Assembly (NCBI GenBank): GCA_030141605.1
Contig: JAQGDQ010001706.1
Location: forward strand, 1 to 28,414
Source of the DNA: Tubiluchus corallicola
Taxonomy: Eukaryota > Animalia > Priapulida
Length of the DNA: 28,414 bases
Reading direction: 5' to 3'
This document shows positions 1-10,304 of the stretch, piece after piece; position 1 is the stretch's first letter; every line of letters begins with the position of its first letter. The translations under genes and the position numbers were made by a program. The notes under the pieces are model-generated. The model worked only from the letters and a program-made list of their open reading frames with translations, did no database searches and was not told the origin of the DNA.

Positions 1-411
1 AAGTTCGTCACAAACTAACACGTCTGAACTGAGCGGTACTGCATCTGTTTTTCGGCAATGCATTTCTGATATGCAGGCACTAGTGCCCGTCTAACTAGCG
101 AAATGCATGTAACAGCAAAGAACTAGTGGCTCGAACATGAACTTGCGTTTGTGTGGTAATAATTCTTTCACGTAGGTCATTTTTGAAAAAAAATGTATGT
201 TTTCTTTCAATATTTTAAAGAGTAGATTGTTTTGATGTACACTGGGCCCGGTTTTGTTTTAACACTGTTCAGAAAGACAATCATATTATCATATATATGG
301 TAAGGAATGCCATGAGTAAAGAAAATGTATTTTAAATTGATGATTAAAGATGAAATTATTGCCTCAACCAGAAGCAAATATTATTGACTATTTCCTTAGC
401 TACGCCACACC

Positions 412-498
412 TCAGCCCTCGTTTATAATGCGCACCCAAACTTTGAGTTCTTTTTTTAGGTCGAAAATTTTGCGTGTTATACTCGAATAAATACGGTA
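412..498. mobile_element. Terminal fragment of a Tc1/pogo(Tigger)-type non-autonomous element (mirror copy 21335..21421)
   Basis: Ends ...TTATACTCGAATAAATACGG+TA, i.e. a TA-CCGTATTT type terminus. No partner end seen. Confidence 0.5.
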
Positions 499-870
499 CA
501 CTTTCGAGAGGAGTGCTTGTTTACGCTTCAGCTTTGCTGACTGTCTCATTATGTTTTCTTGCCTCTCGTAACTATCTAATGATACTAAAATTGGGCAACG
601 TTGATTTGAAGCCCCATCTCCTAACCGTCTTACATTAAATTGGCCCATTAAAGATTAAATTATTGAAGCCGGAAACCAGAAGTTGAATTAGGTGTGGCAC
701 ATCACGCTATGATCAGCTGATGGTTGACCCACTTAAGAGGTCGCGTCGCGATTACAGACTTGATGACGCACTCCTATGCGCAGAAGTTCAGTGCGCACTA
801 GGCAATTCAATAAAAAATAATGAGCAGCTGTTAAACTATGTCAAAAGCGTTAGATTATGATAGATAATTA

Positions 871-1148
871 TGCTGATGAATGCTGGCATGAAGCCCAGTT
901 AAGGAGTGGTGCCACGTGAGCAAGTGATTCAGAACCGAAGCGTAGGCGTCGATGCGTCGAAGCTCGGCGCACGAGATATAAGCCTTGTGATGCGCCCAGC
1001 TCAGGAGATTGAGTCTGGGAGCTGAAGGAGAGCAAGCTAGATCAGGGGGCTTGGCATTACTACCTGTTATATTTATTGTGTCTGATGTTCAATAAACGTG
1101 GAGTTTTATAATCTGACTCTTCATAGTTTTGCCATCCCTAAAACAACA
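871..1148 (+). mobile_element. Solo LTR (~278 bp)
   Basis: TGCTG...CAACA termini, TATA-like GATATAAG (~975), AATAAA (1091), GC-richer than flanks. ATAAT occurs on both sides (864..868, 1149..1153) as an imperfectly placed TSD. Confidence 0.55.
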
Positions 1149-2142
1149 ATAATCAGCTTTGCACTACCAATACAACGAATTATTTTACTAAAAGGACTGA
1201 GGGTTACTCAGTGCTCCCGCTATTTGTACTAAAAGATTTGCTAGCTTGCTATGCCCTCTCGGCTGTTCACAGCGCAACGGTAGCAGCAGTAAACAACAAT
1301 AAACAGCAGCTATAAAAACGCGAAATTTTAATCAATGGAGAAAACACTAAGAAGCTATCTGATTGGGATAGGTGACAGAAGTTGTGACGTGACAGAACGA
1401 ATTAATGCGTTAAAATCGTTTGGCACGTGTCACGGAGCCTTCTTTATATAAGCTTGCTCCCCCTAACTGTAGAACCTAGCTACGCCCCTTGATTGTACGA
1501 CTGTAGAAACTGCCAATCATTTTATTGTAAAATGTAGACAATGTTCACCTCAATCACAAAATTGAACAAACAGTCATAAAGTTAGCAATATGATATTTAA
1601 CAGTAGAAAATTTGCATCCTTTCTCAATGCTTCTCTAGATCAACTGAAACTTGCATGCCTGAGAGAATAAAGCTGTAATCACATGACCAGAGATTCAAGT
1701 TCCTATTGGAAGGTACATCACATTCATGCATACAGACCATAAATGGAAAGGTCACCTATACTCTACAGACTACTAGTTAAACCAAAATCAAAGTCTACTT
1801 GGCTTCTTTGATAGCAGAATAAAGATTATTGGTTTACAGAAAGCTGTGTTATAATGTTATAATTTTTATCTATTTAAACTTGAATAAGAGAGTTAGAACC
1901 AGAATTAAAGCATGAAATTAACAATCTAATTACTCTGATTAATGAATATCTATAAAAGCAAAAGGAAATAATATTTAGAAACAAAAATCAATCTCCGACA
2001 AACTTTGTATAATTAGAGTAAAACAACGACTGTAGATGGCAGCACATACCAATTCAGTACCTTAGCGTAGTAGACTGACAATTAAATGGGTCACATAATA
2101 CTACAATCGCGCACTCGGTACAATAAGCGACAACGACTGCAG

Positions 2143-2376
2143 TTGTCAAGATTGCTGTAAATGCTCAATTGTCAAGATTGCTGTAAATGCTCAATTGTCA
2201 AGATTGCTGTAAATGCTCAGTTGTCAAGATTGCTGTAAATGCTCAATTGTCAAGATTGCTGTAAATGCTCAATTGTCAAGATTGCTGTAAATGCTCAATT
2301 GTCAAGATTGCTGTAAATGCTCAATTGTCAAGATTGCTGTAAATGCTCAATTGTCAAGATTGCTGTAAATGCTCAA
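2143..2376 (+). repeat. 26-bp minisatellite x9 (TTGTCAAGATTGCTGTAAATGCTCAA)
   Basis: Nine near-perfect head-to-tail units with no spacers. Confidence 0.97.
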
Positions 2377-4201
2377 TAAAACGTTTTACAAGAATCCAGT
2401 TTGCTCACAAATCTTCATTATTGTTTTGTTCAGTTTGTCTGTCTGTCGGTAACCCATAACCTCAAAAAAAATAATGAACACTTTGGTACAGGTTGATTTC
2501 CTTTATTACTGTGCTCAAAAAAAGTGGAGGCAGTGTAGAGGGGTGGTGGTGATGGGTTTCAACATAAATTAGAGTCTGAAATAATAAAAGTAAAAAGCAA
2601 CATTTACAACTTAATAATTCTCTTAGGTTTAACACCCTACAAACAAAAATTAAATTTAAAGCACTAATCTCAGTTTAGGTAAATCAAAAAACCAAAAAAT
2701 GTAATTTGAAGCAAACATACCTTAACAAACTAAATTATGAAATTTGAAATCTGAACTTTACCAGTAGACTATGGGAAACCCGAACTACTACTGCCCAACA
2801 TACAATAGCCAGGACTCCTGTTACACCCACCTCATGAACTTTAGTTGAAACCCAGTAAATGGTATGTAAATAGATAGTATAGTAAACTGCTTAAGAAATA
2901 CGTAAATTATTTTTACAGACAAACAACCAAAAGATGGCAGCACCTCCCTAAGATACTACCACTTTCTGCTAAGTCTAAAAAAAACTAAATTATAGCAAAA
3001 CTGCATAACAAAGTACACATTATCAAATTGTTTCCTAAACAATAGAATTATTCTGATCGCCATGGCTGTCAGTGTACAATAAAAGTCAGAAAGAGCAGGA
3101 AGATAATTATAAAAAAACGTTTATTGCGTTAGCAACCTCGTGTTAAAAAACACGTTCATAAATTCTGGTCTTTGAAAAATGTGAACTGCTTCAACCCGAA
3201 ATGGCTTCATTGAAATTTGCATTTGCACCTCATCATTTTAATTAAGATTTTAATTTTTTTTTTTTATTTTATTAGATGTCGACGCGCCCAGTCAAGGCAA
3301 AGAAACGGCAAAAAATCAGTATTGAACTGCGCGATAGACCTGCAATTTATTAAAATAACAGATCACAAAAAGTGCTTAAGAATGTACTAAAGGTTATTAC
3401 TATTTAGATAAAATGAAAAGTTAGATTTAAGAAGACTGAAACACAAATTATTACTTTATGATTCTAGAGATTTGAAGCAATTCTAACCAATTTAAACTAT
3501 TAACTAATGATTAAAGTAGATGGTGACTTACATTTACTGGTGACAACTTTGGCTTGAAAATACAACTAGTGTCTGTTAAATTGCAACAAAATAGACAAAG
3601 CAATGCAAGTATCACCAAACGGCATGAACAGCATAGCGGCAACAGAAAATGTAACTACGTGTAAAAACAAGTGTGATTGATAGGTGGTGTATACTACTAA
3701 TGCTTAGGTCACGTGACTAAGGCTGGCTTCGTTTTAAACAGTTTCAGGAAATGCATGTTTGTAAAAATACGAAAAAAACAAATAATTATAGAATGCTAGA
3801 TTAAATTGCTTGACAGCAACAACAAGATATAATACTTGTAATTGTAAAAACTACGTGCAGTTTGTGCTGAAAGTTTGAATAAAATAATTAATAATTGATA
3901 ACAGAATTGGTAAATAGAAGTTATGTTATATGAGTTACACTCTGTAACTAGACGTCTGCTCGTAAAACACTGATTTTACTGTTGCTCCTCGTAGTTTTAC
4001 CCTGGTTCTTAGAAGTTAGATTCCATTATGCGGAATAGCCGTTTAAAAACCTAGTTTTTCCCCCGGACTTCTTATCTGTGGAATTCTCTACCAGAAAAAT
4101 GGCTTATCTGAAAACCACAACGTCACTTGAATCAAGAGCAGCAACAGATATCTTCTGACACTGGTAAATTTGTTACATAAGTTGCTAAAATACTAAAATT
4201 A

Positions 4202-5171
4202 CCGTAAAACGGGGTGAGTTCGCCACTTTTTAGGGGTATTTTTTACGTTTCCTGCCATAGCAAGAGAATTACCCAACCGATTTTCTTAGTTCAAGCTTTA
4301 TATTGCCTTTCGAATGAAACACTATCGTGGGGTGAATTCGCCACCAACAATTTAACACTGTTTAATGCCATTCTAGGCAGCTGAAGTTAACTGGTTGTGA
4401 TTGGCTGGTTGGGGGTGAGTTCGCCACCCTATGAAAAAATTATGAAAAATGTCTAGTTTTAGTTTTCAAATAGAAATTTCTACGTTGGCAAGGAAGGCTT
4501 GAACGTCTTGTGCACTGATCTTGTCGCGGGCGCCCTTGATGTTGCCAGCCACTCTGAAAACCAGATTGTTCCTTCGGGCGAATGATTTGACAAAGTCTAT
4601 TCCAGGGGTGTTTGGCTTGAATCGTCGTTCCTGAACTCCCTTCGCGTCAAGAACACTCTTAATCAGTAGTCAGAGATCGATGGCAGTCATTGGGAACCCC
4701 CACTCAGCGGCCACTTGGAGTGTTGGCGATTTCGTGCTCCTCGGCGGCGGAGAACACTGGCTGACCTCCGGTCTTCCGCGGATGACTTCCTGAGAGTTTG
4801 TCAGCAAGGGTCTTTCTTGGAACCCCGAATTGTCTCGCCGCTGCGCTGATTGTCCTGTTGTTATTCTTGTCGGCATGTAGGGCAGCTTCCAGAGCTTCTG
4901 GGGTATAATTTTGGTATCTATGACCCGATACAGGGGTGCAGGTGCGTGGCATGTTAAGTAGCAAGAAACAGTAGACAAATAATATGTAGCGCAGAATGGA
5001 ATACTTCTAGTGCGAATTGAAAGAAGATAACTGTCGCAAACTGTTTATAATGACGGTGATCATGATATCTGTTCATTAAACACTGAACAATAGTTACAGC
5101 GAACCTACAATGGCCATTACGTAAGGGGTGGCGAACTCACCCTCGGGTGGCGAACTCACCCCGTTTTACGG
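4202..5171 (-). mobile_element. 970-bp internally deleted pogo/Tigger-like DNA transposon
   Basis: Perfect 25-bp TIRs CCGTAAAACGGGGTGAGTTCGCCAC, TA on both flanks (4200..4201, 5172..5173), and an internal transposase N-terminus remnant. Confidence 0.92.
4466..4952 (-). pseudogene. Transposase N-terminus (HTH_psq + CENP-B-type HTH), frameshifted, premature stop, no DDE domain
   Basis: YTPEALEAAL...ISAAARQFGVPRKTLADKLSG (psq HTH), then VFSAAEEHEIANT / frameshift / LQVAAEWGFPMTAIDL*LLIKSVLD...NTPGIDFVKSFARRNNL (CENP-B-like HTH). Confidence 0.88.
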
Positions 5172-5446
5172 TATATAAATATGTTATTTGTTACAAGTGT
5201 TTTGTTTTGCTCTATGTTTTGTTTTAATGCAATAGCTCTGTTTTGTACTTTTGTATTTTGTTGTTCTTTTGCTGTATGTATGTCATTGTGGTGTAATGTA
5301 TGATGCCAACGACAAATTCTAAGTTCTATTTGACACAATCCAGAGAAAAAAATCACAGGAATTAAGCCAGAGAAAAAAGGCAGAGGAAAAAAGAAATAAC
5401 CCTAACCCTAAACCAAACCCTGACCAAAATTAATTGTGACTTTTTA

Positions 5447-5512
5447 CACACACACGTACACGCACGCACGCACGCACGCACACGCATACACACGCATACT
5501 CACACACACACA
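5447..5512. repeat. (CA)n/(CACG)n microsatellite (mirror ~16312..16377)
   Basis: Direct reading. Confidence 0.9.
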
Positions 5513-5558
5513 TATATAAATAATTGTAATAATATTAATAATATATATGTATATAAAA

Positions 5559-5606
5559 TTTTACAATATGAATATATATATATATATATATATTCATATT
5601 GTAAAA
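5559..5606. repeat. Perfect 48-bp palindrome centred on (AT)n (mirror 16220..16265)
   Basis: TTTTACAATATGA(AT)n...TCATATTGTAAAA. Confidence 0.9.
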
Positions 5607-6399
5607 ATCCTACTGTACGTAGTCTTTTACCTTCACTAATCTCGTCTAGAGAGATTTGTAAAAAATGACAGACGTGGTACAGTGTTTGCAATCGTATGCG
5701 TAGAACCCTGCCTATGACAGGTACGACCTACGTAGATTGCTATTGGCCATATTCGTACATACATACAGGTGAGGTAACCTATTTTTATCAGTGAAATTCT
5801 AATCGGTTCACCTGCGCGTGTCGAATTGTTATAACCGAGCTCCAGGGTAAATTTTAGGCAAGCTTTACTTTCATGTAGCTGTGTTTGAAGACAGTCAAGG
5901 GGGTTAATTGGTGTAAGTTCAGCGACACCCCAGTTAGTTCTGGACTGACCACCGGGCTACAAACGCAGACTGATACAACGAGGAAGTAAAAAAACTGAGT
6001 TTAAACCTCTCTGGCGTAGAATGGTGGTTGCAGTGTTAAATTGAACACCCCACAGCTTATGTGATAAAAACTGCACGCGTTTGAAGCTTACGTAGTGCTT
6101 ATCAACATAAAGCATGAATTTGAATTTGTCGTTATTCGGTAATTTGGTTAATGTATTTTGTCTTTCACTATGGCGTGTGAGTTTAAAATCGTTTCAAATT
6201 CATATGTGATTCATACGGGCTTCAGTGACGATGTGGAAATAGATCCAAAGCAGTAATGATCTATGCAACTCGCAGTAGACGGACGAAGCTTGTCGTTACC
6301 ATAGCAACTGCGGTTGCGTTACTGTTCATCAGCGCAACATTACTGGACCAATCGCCTGTCGACGTACGTATAATTAGTTATTATTACTATGGCGCTTAG

Positions 6400-6560
6400 C
6401 CTGTCTGTCTGACGATCGGTCGGTCTGCCTGTCTACCTGTCTGTCTGTCTGTCTGTCCGTCCAACCGTGTCTGTCTGTCTGTGTGTCTGTCCGTCCGTCT
6501 GTGTCTGTCTGCCTGTCTGCCCCTCTGCCTGCTTGTCTGTCTTGTCTATCTGTCTCTCTG
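6400..6560 (+). repeat. (TCTG/TCCG)n GTCY-type microsatellite (mirror 15266..15426)
   Basis: Direct reading. Confidence 0.9.
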
Positions 6561-6888
6561 TTTAACTTTTCATATCATACGAGTGCTAGATATATTTCTA
6601 CTAGACTTAATATTATTTATTTTGATGTGATTCACAGAAAATGTGCATACAGTTTACATGTCAGGCTGAATAAGAGCGAAAATTTTATATGCAAGAACAT
6701 TTTAAACAGTGATGCAAACTTTACTTCTGTAATTAGACGTCATTGGCGTAGTTTCTTATATAGTTAATTGTTATTTGTGTTATTGTTGTGTTTCGTGATT
6801 TATTGTATTATTTGGAATTAATTTGTGATGTGTATATGAACTTTGTGAAGTTTGAAATAAAATATTAAATCCAAATCTAAATCTAATA
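6561..6888 (+). mobile_element. 5'-truncated non-LTR retrotransposon 3' end (mirror 14938..15265)
   Basis: SARYI...FDVIHRKCAYSLHVRLNKSENFICKNILNSD...IRRHWRSFLYS* resembles a LINE ORF2 C-terminus, followed by an AT-rich UTR, AATAAA and an (AAATCT)n tail. Confidence 0.6.
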
Positions 6889-7129
6889 TGTCTGTCTGTC
6901 TGTGTATCCCTTTGCATAATAAAATGAAGGTAAATTTTGCACAGCGACAGGCTTAAGCAACAGCTGGAAAGTAATAGTTCTGGTTTCAAGAAGTCACAAG
7001 AAAAAACATGTTGAAATAAATTTTTGGATAATTTGTATCATTTATACTGTTATTATTATTATTATTTTCTTATTCGCTTTTGTTTTTGTTATCTGCAGTA
7101 TCACCGTTAATTTTTAATATACTAATCTA

Positions 7130-7271
7130 TTTATAAGAAAGGGCAGGAGACTAGATGACCCTGTGGTCCTTCCCTGCCCTGCTCCACGATTATAATTACT
7201 TAATATTTAAAAAACTTTTGATGTTAAGCTAATTGGAGAAAATAAATGTTCTATTTCTATGTCTATGTCTA
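7130..7271 (+). mobile_element. CR1/L2-type LINE 3' terminus (mirror 14555..14696)
   Basis: Stem-loop GGGCAGG...CCTGCCC, then CTCC...GGAG, AAATAAA and a (CTATGT)n tail. Confidence 0.55.
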
Positions 7272-7458
7272 ATTAGACATAGTCGCATAGCACATCAAAA
7301 CAGGCTGCACAACTGTTTGTGGGGTGTGATAAAAATTTTGGTTTATAATTATGAATTTGAAATGGTACACATTTTGTGAGAAGAATAAGAATTGGCACCT
7401 ACGCTACAGCTTAGTTAGCCTTGTAGGGCGCCGAGTAACCCACTAGCCAAAGTAGGAC

Positions 7459-7480
7459 ACTTCCGGTAAAGCGCATGCGC
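7459..7480. promoter_or_regulatory. Adjacent ETS (ACTTCCGG) and NRF1 (GCGCATGCGC) motifs (mirror 14346..14367)
   Basis: Consensus matches 4 bp apart in a small GC-rich patch; function not shown. Confidence 0.35.
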
Positions 7481-7620
7481 TAAATTTGCGGAAAAGCAGT
7501 ATCGTACATGGGCAGCCCAAGTGGGACACTGGCGATTTCTGTCGAGATAATGAAACTTAAAACTAAATTTAAATTTACAATATTGTTCATATATTTGTTC
7601 ATTTAATATTAAATTTTACT

Positions 7621-8371
7621 GAACTGTTCTTTTGTAGATTTTTGTTCAACAGTAAGTTGTGCAAACTTAACTGTTCTTTTGTAGACTTTTGTTCACATGT
7701 AAGTTGTGCAAACTGAACTGTTCTTTTTGTAGACTTTTGTTCACATGTAAGTTGTACAAACAGAACTGTTCTTTTGTAGATTTTTGTTCAACAGTAAGTT
7801 GTGCAAACTTAACTGTTCTTTTTGTAGACTTTTGTTCACATGTAAGTTGTGCAAACAGAACTGTTCTTTTTGTAGACTTTTGTTCACATGTAAGTTGTGC
7901 AAATAGAACTGTTCTTTTTGTAGACTTTTGTTCACATGTAAGTTGTGCAAACTTAACTGTTCTTTTTGTAGACTTTTGTTCACATGTAAGTTGTGCAAAC
8001 AGAACTGTTCTTTTTGTAGACTTTTGTTCACATGTAAGTTGTGCAAATAGAACTGTTCTTTTTGTAGACTTTTGTTCACATGTAAGTTGTGCAAACAGAA
8101 CTGTTCTTTTTGTAGACTTTTGTTCACATGTAAGTTGTGCAAATAGAACTGTTCTTTTTGTAGACTTTTGTTCACATGTAAGTTGTGCAAATAGAACTGT
8201 TCTTTTTGTAGACTTTTGTTCACATGTAAGTTGTGCAAACAGAACTGTTCTTTTTGTAGACTTTTGTTCACATGTAAGTTGTGCAAATAGAACTGTTCTT
8301 TTTGCAGACTTTTGTTCACATGTAAGTTGTTCAAACAGAACTGTTCTTTTTGTAGACTTTTGTTCACATGT
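7621..8371 (+). repeat. 48-bp minisatellite, ~15.6 copies
   Basis: Unit GAACTGTTCTTTTTGTAGACTTTTGTTCACATGTAAGTTGTGCAAACA; explains the 16-aa repeat ORFs on both strands. Confidence 0.97.
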
Positions 8372-9950
8372 ATATAAGCTCCTCCTTAATGATCCTGGAC
8401 TCGAGTACCAGTTATCACTTTATTATCTTAGTCACTGCTCACCAGTTATTATTAAACCTGGTCACTCTTTATTATGCAATATTAATCTCCCTAATTAATA
8501 TTGATTCTTATCTGTCGCATGTGATCGTATAAAACGTGACTTAAGACTGAAGGAGTGATTTGCATCTATTACATTAATTGCTATAAGGTTATTCACAACC
8601 CGGCTACTAGAGCTTAAGATTAAATCTATAGAGCAATGATAACTTCTCACAAGATTGTTTCTACGACTCCGCGTTGTGAAAGAGTCTTAATCTCTAAAGC
8701 TATCTAGCAAAAGTTCCCGCAATTGAACTCGTAGAATACTTAATGTATACAGCAAATCTTCAGATTCGTTTACAGAATTTAATGTTGCTTAACTGAGACA
8801 CCTCTAAGCATACTCAAACTATTCATTTATGATTAAGCGAAATCCGTTTATTGTTTACAACAATTACTCTTAGTTTGCTAAAATTACAATATATGTACTT
8901 AATCGCCAAAGACGCTCACAATTTATAATTAGCTCCCAGAGATACTAAACAGATTCCCTTAACGATTTCCTCACTTCGCACTTAAGGTGCTAATTTACAA
9001 TGTGAAACATATTATTACAATCGACTACACGTCACACTTAAGGTGTCTATTACTGTGATGAAGCTACTATGCAGAGTTGCTCTCAAGTTACGATAGGTTA
9101 AGTTCACTTAACTTGGTGGAATGACCAATAACAACCGTTCAATTGGTCAATTCCGTTCCCGTTGCAAGACTCTATTCGCAGATCCAGTGCTCAATTCTTT
9201 GAGGACGCAGATAGTTGTCTACGCTGGGTCTAGCGGTCTTTGCTCTTCTCAGGATTCCTGTAGTCTCTCCAGACTCTCCTCTCTCCCCGACTCACGACTC
9301 ACGTGGTCCGCAACTTGTTTACTCACGACTGAACGACGATTCACTTCCCGACGCCAAACGATTAACTGACGATTAACCACGAGCCCTTGCCGTACATCAT
9401 CTTATATACTCCAATAGAGTCTTCATGGCTTTGCGCGCGAACGCGCGAGATGTCACCATAGGTCAAAGGTTCTGTTGTGGCTTGGTTGTTTATGACCATC
9501 CAGATGTCCAGGTCGCGTAGCCTCTCACCTGAGAAACTCCGCTTCGTCTTTTGATTCTCGCGTCGCTTGGGTCATAAACTTCTGTTCAAGAAATGAGCTT
9601 CTTCCTGCTCCTTCCCAATTATAGTCCAGCAACTCGCATTACATTACAGGAGGTATATACTCTTAACTACTTCAAGTTATAAAATTCAGCTTCGCTTCTC
9701 TTAAATTCAAACACCTGTGACAAACTTTTCCTCTCTAAATGAACACCTGTTCTATTACTTGTAAACACATCTCTTGTGACAATAATTCCTTGCCTTACAA
9801 TAAATATAGGCTTTACCAGTTAAGTGAGTTCACATATTTCTTTATAAATTTCTCTGATCCAATTTGGAGGTCTCTTTATCAACATAATCTGATGAAGTTG
9901 ATAACTTCATTAATTAATCATTTAATTCATGATTCCGAAATTTATTCATA
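8369..9950 (-). mobile_element. Long LTR-like element truncating the 48-bp array; distal boundary uncertain; partial copy 12464..13457
   Basis: On the minus strand: TATATAAG (9408..9401), Inr-like TCAGTT (9369..9364), two AATAAA near the end, terminus ...TATATACA at 8369. No TSD or matching 5' end identified. Confidence 0.45.
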
Positions 9951-10296
9951 ACACAAAACCACAAGGAAAAACTCTTTTCGTAACGAATATCCACTTTGAC
10001 GACGTCTTCATTCAAGAAGCGACGCTGCGCTATTGCCACAACAGCTACGCTAGATATTGAAGCGATTTCTTCTCCTCTGTAAAGGTGTAAAAGAAGTAAA
10101 ACTAATGATACCCAGCGCTATTATTGCCTTTAAAGCAGAAGTCAAGTTTCTCGGGAAGTTGAGCTTATTTTAGTATTTGGGTAAAATATTAGAAAGTTTC
10201 AGCAATAAAATTGTGATAAGCGCCTCGTGTAATAAGTAAATTCACTTTAAAGTCGTGATTACTTTACGCTTGGGGGCGCTCATTTTAGACGAAAAA

Positions 10297-10304
10297 TGAC
10301 GTCA
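10297..10304. promoter_or_regulatory. Perfect CRE palindrome TGACGTCA in spacer
   Basis: Exact motif within a CpG-containing patch (10260..10340). An 8-mer can occur by chance. Confidence 0.3.

Larger units (their letters stand above)
2..9362 (+). repeat. Left arm of ~9.36 kb giant inverted repeat
   Basis: Reverse complement of 12464..21831; the ORF track is mirrored (e.g. 412..648- = 21185..21421+, 7689..8498+ = 13328..14137-). Inner match ends at ...CCAAACGAT (9362). The outer end coincides with the window start, so the arm may be longer. Confidence 0.98.

Noticed and set aside
412-648. 78-aa ORF (and mirror 21185..21421)
   Set aside because: Spans a MITE terminus and has no recognisable domain.
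1185-1452. Helentron/HINE-like non-autonomous element
   Set aside because: Only an impression from the terminal sequence style; I could not define diagnostic subterminal repeats or boundaries.
2143-2376. CRISPR-like array
   Set aside because: Head-to-tail repeats with no unique spacers, no cas genes, eukaryotic context.
5397-5425. Telomere (CCCTAA)
   Set aside because: Only ~2 exact units plus degenerate ones, internal, and likely part of a small repeat element.
7689-8498. 269-aa and 208-aa repeat ORFs (and their mirrors) as real proteins
   Set aside because: By-products of a 48-bp (3n) tandem unit, open on both strands, with non-ATG starts.
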